Position numbers and translations under genes: made by a program. The notes beneath the pieces were generated by a model. It saw nothing but the letters and a program-made list of their open reading frames with translations. It did not search any database and was not told the origin of the DNA. Below are positions 32,051-34,867 of a DNA stretch of 34,867 nucleotides, piece after piece; the stretch's first letter is position 1; the number at the start of each line of letters is the position of its first letter. The stretch comes from a virus (Duplodnaviria > Heunggongvirae > Uroviricota > Caudoviricetes), in the IMG/VR virus record IMGVR_UViG_2684622580_000006; one strand, given 5' to 3'.

Positions 32051-34442
32051 ATCACGTTATGACGTTGAGATTAACGGAGATAACAAAGGCCTTTCAAAAT
32101 CTATTGATAAGTCTATGGAGCAACTGAACGAACTTGATTCGGTTGCTAATGGACTTTTTAGTAATATGACAGGACCGTTGAATAATCTCAACAGTGGAAT
32201 ATCAGGTATTGCAGGAATGTCCTCGGGTATGCAAGCTCTGGGGATTGCAGGAATGGCAGCAGGTGTAGGTGTCGCCGCTCTTAATACCGCTTTAGAAAAA
32301 ACAAGAGAACTTAATCAGATCTCTACGTCAACTGGACTTTCAGTTGAATATCTGCAACAGCTTCAAAAAGAATTTCGCACTACAGGAATGGAAATTGACC
32401 GATTCGGGGATCTTAACAAAGATACTCTCGACCATCTCGGTGATTCATTCAGAGAAGGCGCAGGTGGTATTGGTGATGACCTTGAAAAATGGGGTATTGG
32501 TCTTGAGCGATACACTCAATATGTTAACGACGCTGAAGGCGGTATTAAAGCACTTGTTCAGACGTATTATGACCTGAAAAAAGCTGGTGCAAGTCAAGCT
32601 GAAATCGTTAACGGAATGGAGTCTATGGCTTCTGACGGTTCTCACTTGATTACTGTTCTTGAAAAATACGGCTCAACTCAAGAAGCATTAAACGCTATCA
32701 ATAACCAATCAGCTAGTATTACAAACGAAACAGCAAGAGAATACCAAGGATTCGATGAAAACATGAAAACGCTTTCGGTGAACTTGGATAATTTAACTGT
32801 TAACGTTATGGGTCCTCTCGTTTCGAAAATGAATAATCTTTATGATATTGCGAATAAAGATTGGACAGCTAGTAATATCCTCGATTTCTTTACTAAGATT
32901 GATAGCTTACGTCCTGATAAGATGTTAGCAGATTGGGCGGCTGACACAGTTGTTGATGCTTACGCAGACGCTAATCCTACTTCTGGCGCAGGTCAACGTA
33001 AACAGCAAAAAGATTATCTTGATACGACAGAACGTTTTCTGAAACAGACCAAAGCTCAAGGCGATAAAGCTTATGAAAAACGTAAGCAAGACGAAATAAC
33101 ACGAGCGAAGTTACAGAAACAGCGTAATGAGAAAGCCGCTGAGGATGCGAAAAAAGAAGCTGATAAAGCTAAACGCGAAGCTGACAGAATAGCAAGAGAG
33201 CAAGAACGCGCTGGGAAAGAAAAGCTACGCTTACAGGAGCAAGCCGCAAGAGAATCTAAAGCTGCTTACGATAAGATGATGCAAGAAAGGGAGACAGCGT
33301 TACAGAGTCTTTCCAGTCTTGATGCTGCAATTCTGAGTCAAGAAGGTCGCACGATTTCAAATCAGGTTAGTCAAGTTCAACAGGCTATTAAAACTATCTC
33401 AGAACTTGAGAAAAAAGGAATTATCTCCGCTGAACAGGCTAAGCAACGTCGAAACATGCTGTTTAAAACATCTAATGCAGAATTTAAACAGACTCTTATG
33501 ACGAGTCCTGAAGAAATTGGAGCAATCACGACAAGTCTTGAAGTTGTATATCAGCAACAGCTTGAACAACTCGAAGCGAAGAAAGCCCAGTCGTTAATCA
33601 GTCAGCAAGAATACAACACACAGGTTGAAGCATTACAGCAAGACCATCAGTCACGTCTTGAAGCTATTAAAGCAACGAGCGGTGACGGTAATATGGCTAA
33701 TATGAAAAATCTCAGTGCGTTGGGTTTTGCAACTGACGAAGAACAGATGGCTATTCAACAAGCCGCGTTAGATGAACAATTTCAGAAAATGCGTGAACAG
33801 AACCAGAAATTATATGATGGTCAGTTAATCAATCACGAGCAATTCCTGCAACAGAAAGCACGTCTTGACCAAGCGTATGCCGCGAAGTCGAAACAAATTA
33901 CTTTCTTGGAAACTCAGACGAAACTCCAGATGTATAACGGGTTGGCTTCTGGTATGGGTTCAATAATCGCTGGTATCGCAGGTGAAAGTTCGGACGCTGC
34001 TCAAGCTGTATTTGCTATTCAGAAAGGAACAGCAATCGCAAGCGGTATGTTAAACGCTTATGAATCCGCGACTGCTGCAATGGCTAAATATCCTGGTCCT
34101 ATGGGTTACGCTATGGCTGCTTCAAGCTATGCGCGTGTTATCGGACAAGTCTTGCAGATGAAATCAGTGAATATTACTGGTATGGCTCACGATGGTATTT
34201 CAGAAGTGCCAAGAGAAGGGACATGGTTGCTTGATGGTGGCGAACGTGTTGTTGATGAACGCACTAACGGCGACTTAAAAGAATTCTTAGACAATAACAA
34301 AATAGGAGAAGCAACAAAAATCGATGCAAGTATTCACGTAAATGGAAATGTTACTGATCAGCGTTGGTTTGCTGAACAATTAAAACGTCAGCAACAGAAC
34401 ATCGCGGCTATTGTGCAAGACTGCAACAGACGCAAGATGTAA
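32043..34442 (+). CDS. Tape measure protein
   Basis: 799 aa after the chaperone pair. Long Q/E/K/A-rich helical core and Gly/Ala/Met-rich hydrophobic segments (GIAGMSSGMQALGIAGMAAGVGVAAL; GLASGMGSIIAGIAG). Confidence 0.85.
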   Translation: MAKSRYDVEINGDNKGLSKSIDKSMEQLNELDSVANGLFSNMTGPLNNLNSGISGIAGMSSGMQALGIAGMAAGVGVAALNTALEKTRELNQISTSTGLSVEYLQQLQKEFRTTGMEIDRFGDLNKDTLDHLGDSFREGAGGIGDDLEKWGIGLERYTQYVNDAEGGIKALVQTYYDLKKAGASQAEIVNGMESMASDGSHLITVLEKYGSTQEALNAINNQSASITNETAREYQGFDENMKTLSVNLDNLTVNVMGPLVSKMNNLYDIANKDWTASNILDFFTKIDSLRPDKMLADWAADTVVDAYADANPTSGAGQRKQQKDYLDTTERFLKQTKAQGDKAYEKRKQDEITRAKLQKQRNEKAAEDAKKEADKAKREADRIAREQERAGKEKLRLQEQAARESKAAYDKMMQERETALQSLSSLDAAILSQEGRTISNQVSQVQQAIKTISELEKKGIISAEQAKQRRNMLFKTSNAEFKQTLMTSPEEIGAITTSLEVVYQQQLEQLEAKKAQSLISQQEYNTQVEALQQDHQSRLEAIKATSGDGNMANMKNLSALGFATDEEQMAIQQAALDEQFQKMREQNQKLYDGQLINHEQFLQQKARLDQAYAAKSKQITFLETQTKLQMYNGLASGMGSIIAGIAGESSDAAQAVFAIQKGTAIASGMLNAYESATAAMAKYPGPMGYAMAASSYARVIGQVLQMKSVNITGMAHDGISEVPREGTWLLDGGERVVDERTNGDLKEFLDNNKIGEATKIDASIHVNGNVTDQRWFAEQLKRQQQNIAAIVQDCNRRKM

Positions 34443-34469
34443 GAGTTTTTGCAAGCGATTTACGATAAT

Positions 34470-34493
34470 ACGGGGTGAATAAAATCCCCCCGT
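34470..34493. terminator. Hairpin acgggg-(12 nt)-ccccgt between convergent genes
   Basis: 6-bp GC stem read directly, between the TMP stop (34442) and the minus-strand gene stop (34511). Confidence 0.45.
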
Positions 34494-34510
34494 TAATTGT
34501 TCTAAAAAAA

Positions 34511-34867
34511 CTAAAGCACAGCTTGAAAACTCTGCCATTCAGGTGCATGCATTAGTACCGCGCTTTGTTCATTTCTATTCCAGATAGATACAGCTTTTCC
34601 CATATAGAAAAAATGCGATGTAGCATCGTTACTTTTCTTTTCGCTGCTTTTCCCTGTTTTTGTATATACGACAACAAGATCGCCAGCACGAACAGACTTA
34701 TCCGGAAACCAAAATGTTTCATAAATGCCAGTGTTCACTGACTCATTCTCAAATCCTGTTTGTAGTAGGATAAATTCACCAATATTGCATGAACTGTCAA
34801 CTCGAATGACAATTCGTTCCTTCTCTAAGTTTCCTGGTTCGCGAATTGCTGTAATATTAACTTTCAT
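34511..34867 (-). CDS. Hypothetical protein, beta-rich, possibly lamin-tail-domain-like; start coincides with the window edge
   Basis: 118 aa ORF opposite in orientation to the tail operon. The pattern ITAIREPGNLEKERIVIRVDSSCNIGEFILL...FWFPDKSVRAGDLVVVYTKTG resembles LTD-type beta-sandwiches (weak). May extend beyond 34867. Confidence 0.4.
   Translation of the reverse strand: MKVNITAIREPGNLEKERIVIRVDSSCNIGEFILLQTGFENESVNTGIYETFWFPDKSVRAGDLVVVYTKTGKSSEKKSNDATSHFFYMGKAVSIWNRNEQSAVLMHAPEWQSFQAVL

Larger units (their letters stand above)
1746..34867. mobile_element. Prophage (siphovirus-type, cos/lambda-like packaging), partial: left arm, right end beyond the window
   Basis: Integrase at the boundary with a host gene, continuous AT-rich block, and terminase, portal, capsid, tail, fibre and tape measure genes. 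Confidence 0.9.

Overview
Bases 1-1745 are enterobacterial (E. coli-type) chromosome: a hairpin, a REP element and the ABC-F ATPase gene ybiT on the minus strand. From about 1746 to the window end (over 33 kb, right end not reached) the sequence turns visibly AT-richer. This is one arm of a siphovirus-type prophage, inserted by a large serine recombinase into the 5' end of ybiT. The phage is a mosaic. It has a lambda-like packaging and head module (Nu1-like TerS, GpA-type TerL, gpW-like protein, lambda-type portal) and an HK97-type prohead protease fused to the major capsid protein. Tail parts include a T5 pb9-like distal tail protein, a long fibre with an S74 chaperone domain, a J/GTA-g15-like central fibre, a chaperone pair with a probable -1 frameshift, and a tape measure protein. 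T4-flavoured enzymes include e-type lysozyme, an Endo VII-like protein, a Seg-like GIY-YIG/NUMOD3 homing endonuclease and an Alt/Mod-like ADP-ribosyltransferase. Two cargo loci are the best candidates for undescribed conflict systems. (1) 8769-10567 encodes two paralogous transglutaminase/papain-like Cys-His-Asp proteins plus a HEPN (RNYFQH) protein. It lies in a 5.7-kb accessory island that splits terS from terL. (2) 6310-7493 is a translationally coupled pair, a 95-aa protein plus an unknown N-domain fused to a TIR-like (PF10137-type) domain, lying between the lysozyme gene and the putative cos site. Also notable are a 0.93-kb ORF-poor, repeat-rich segment beside the homing endonuclease, a small lipoprotein gene, a family of GGGAGC/GCTCCC terminator hairpins at cassette borders, and a non-collinear tail module. 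All functional calls come from motif reading by eye; no database search was possible.
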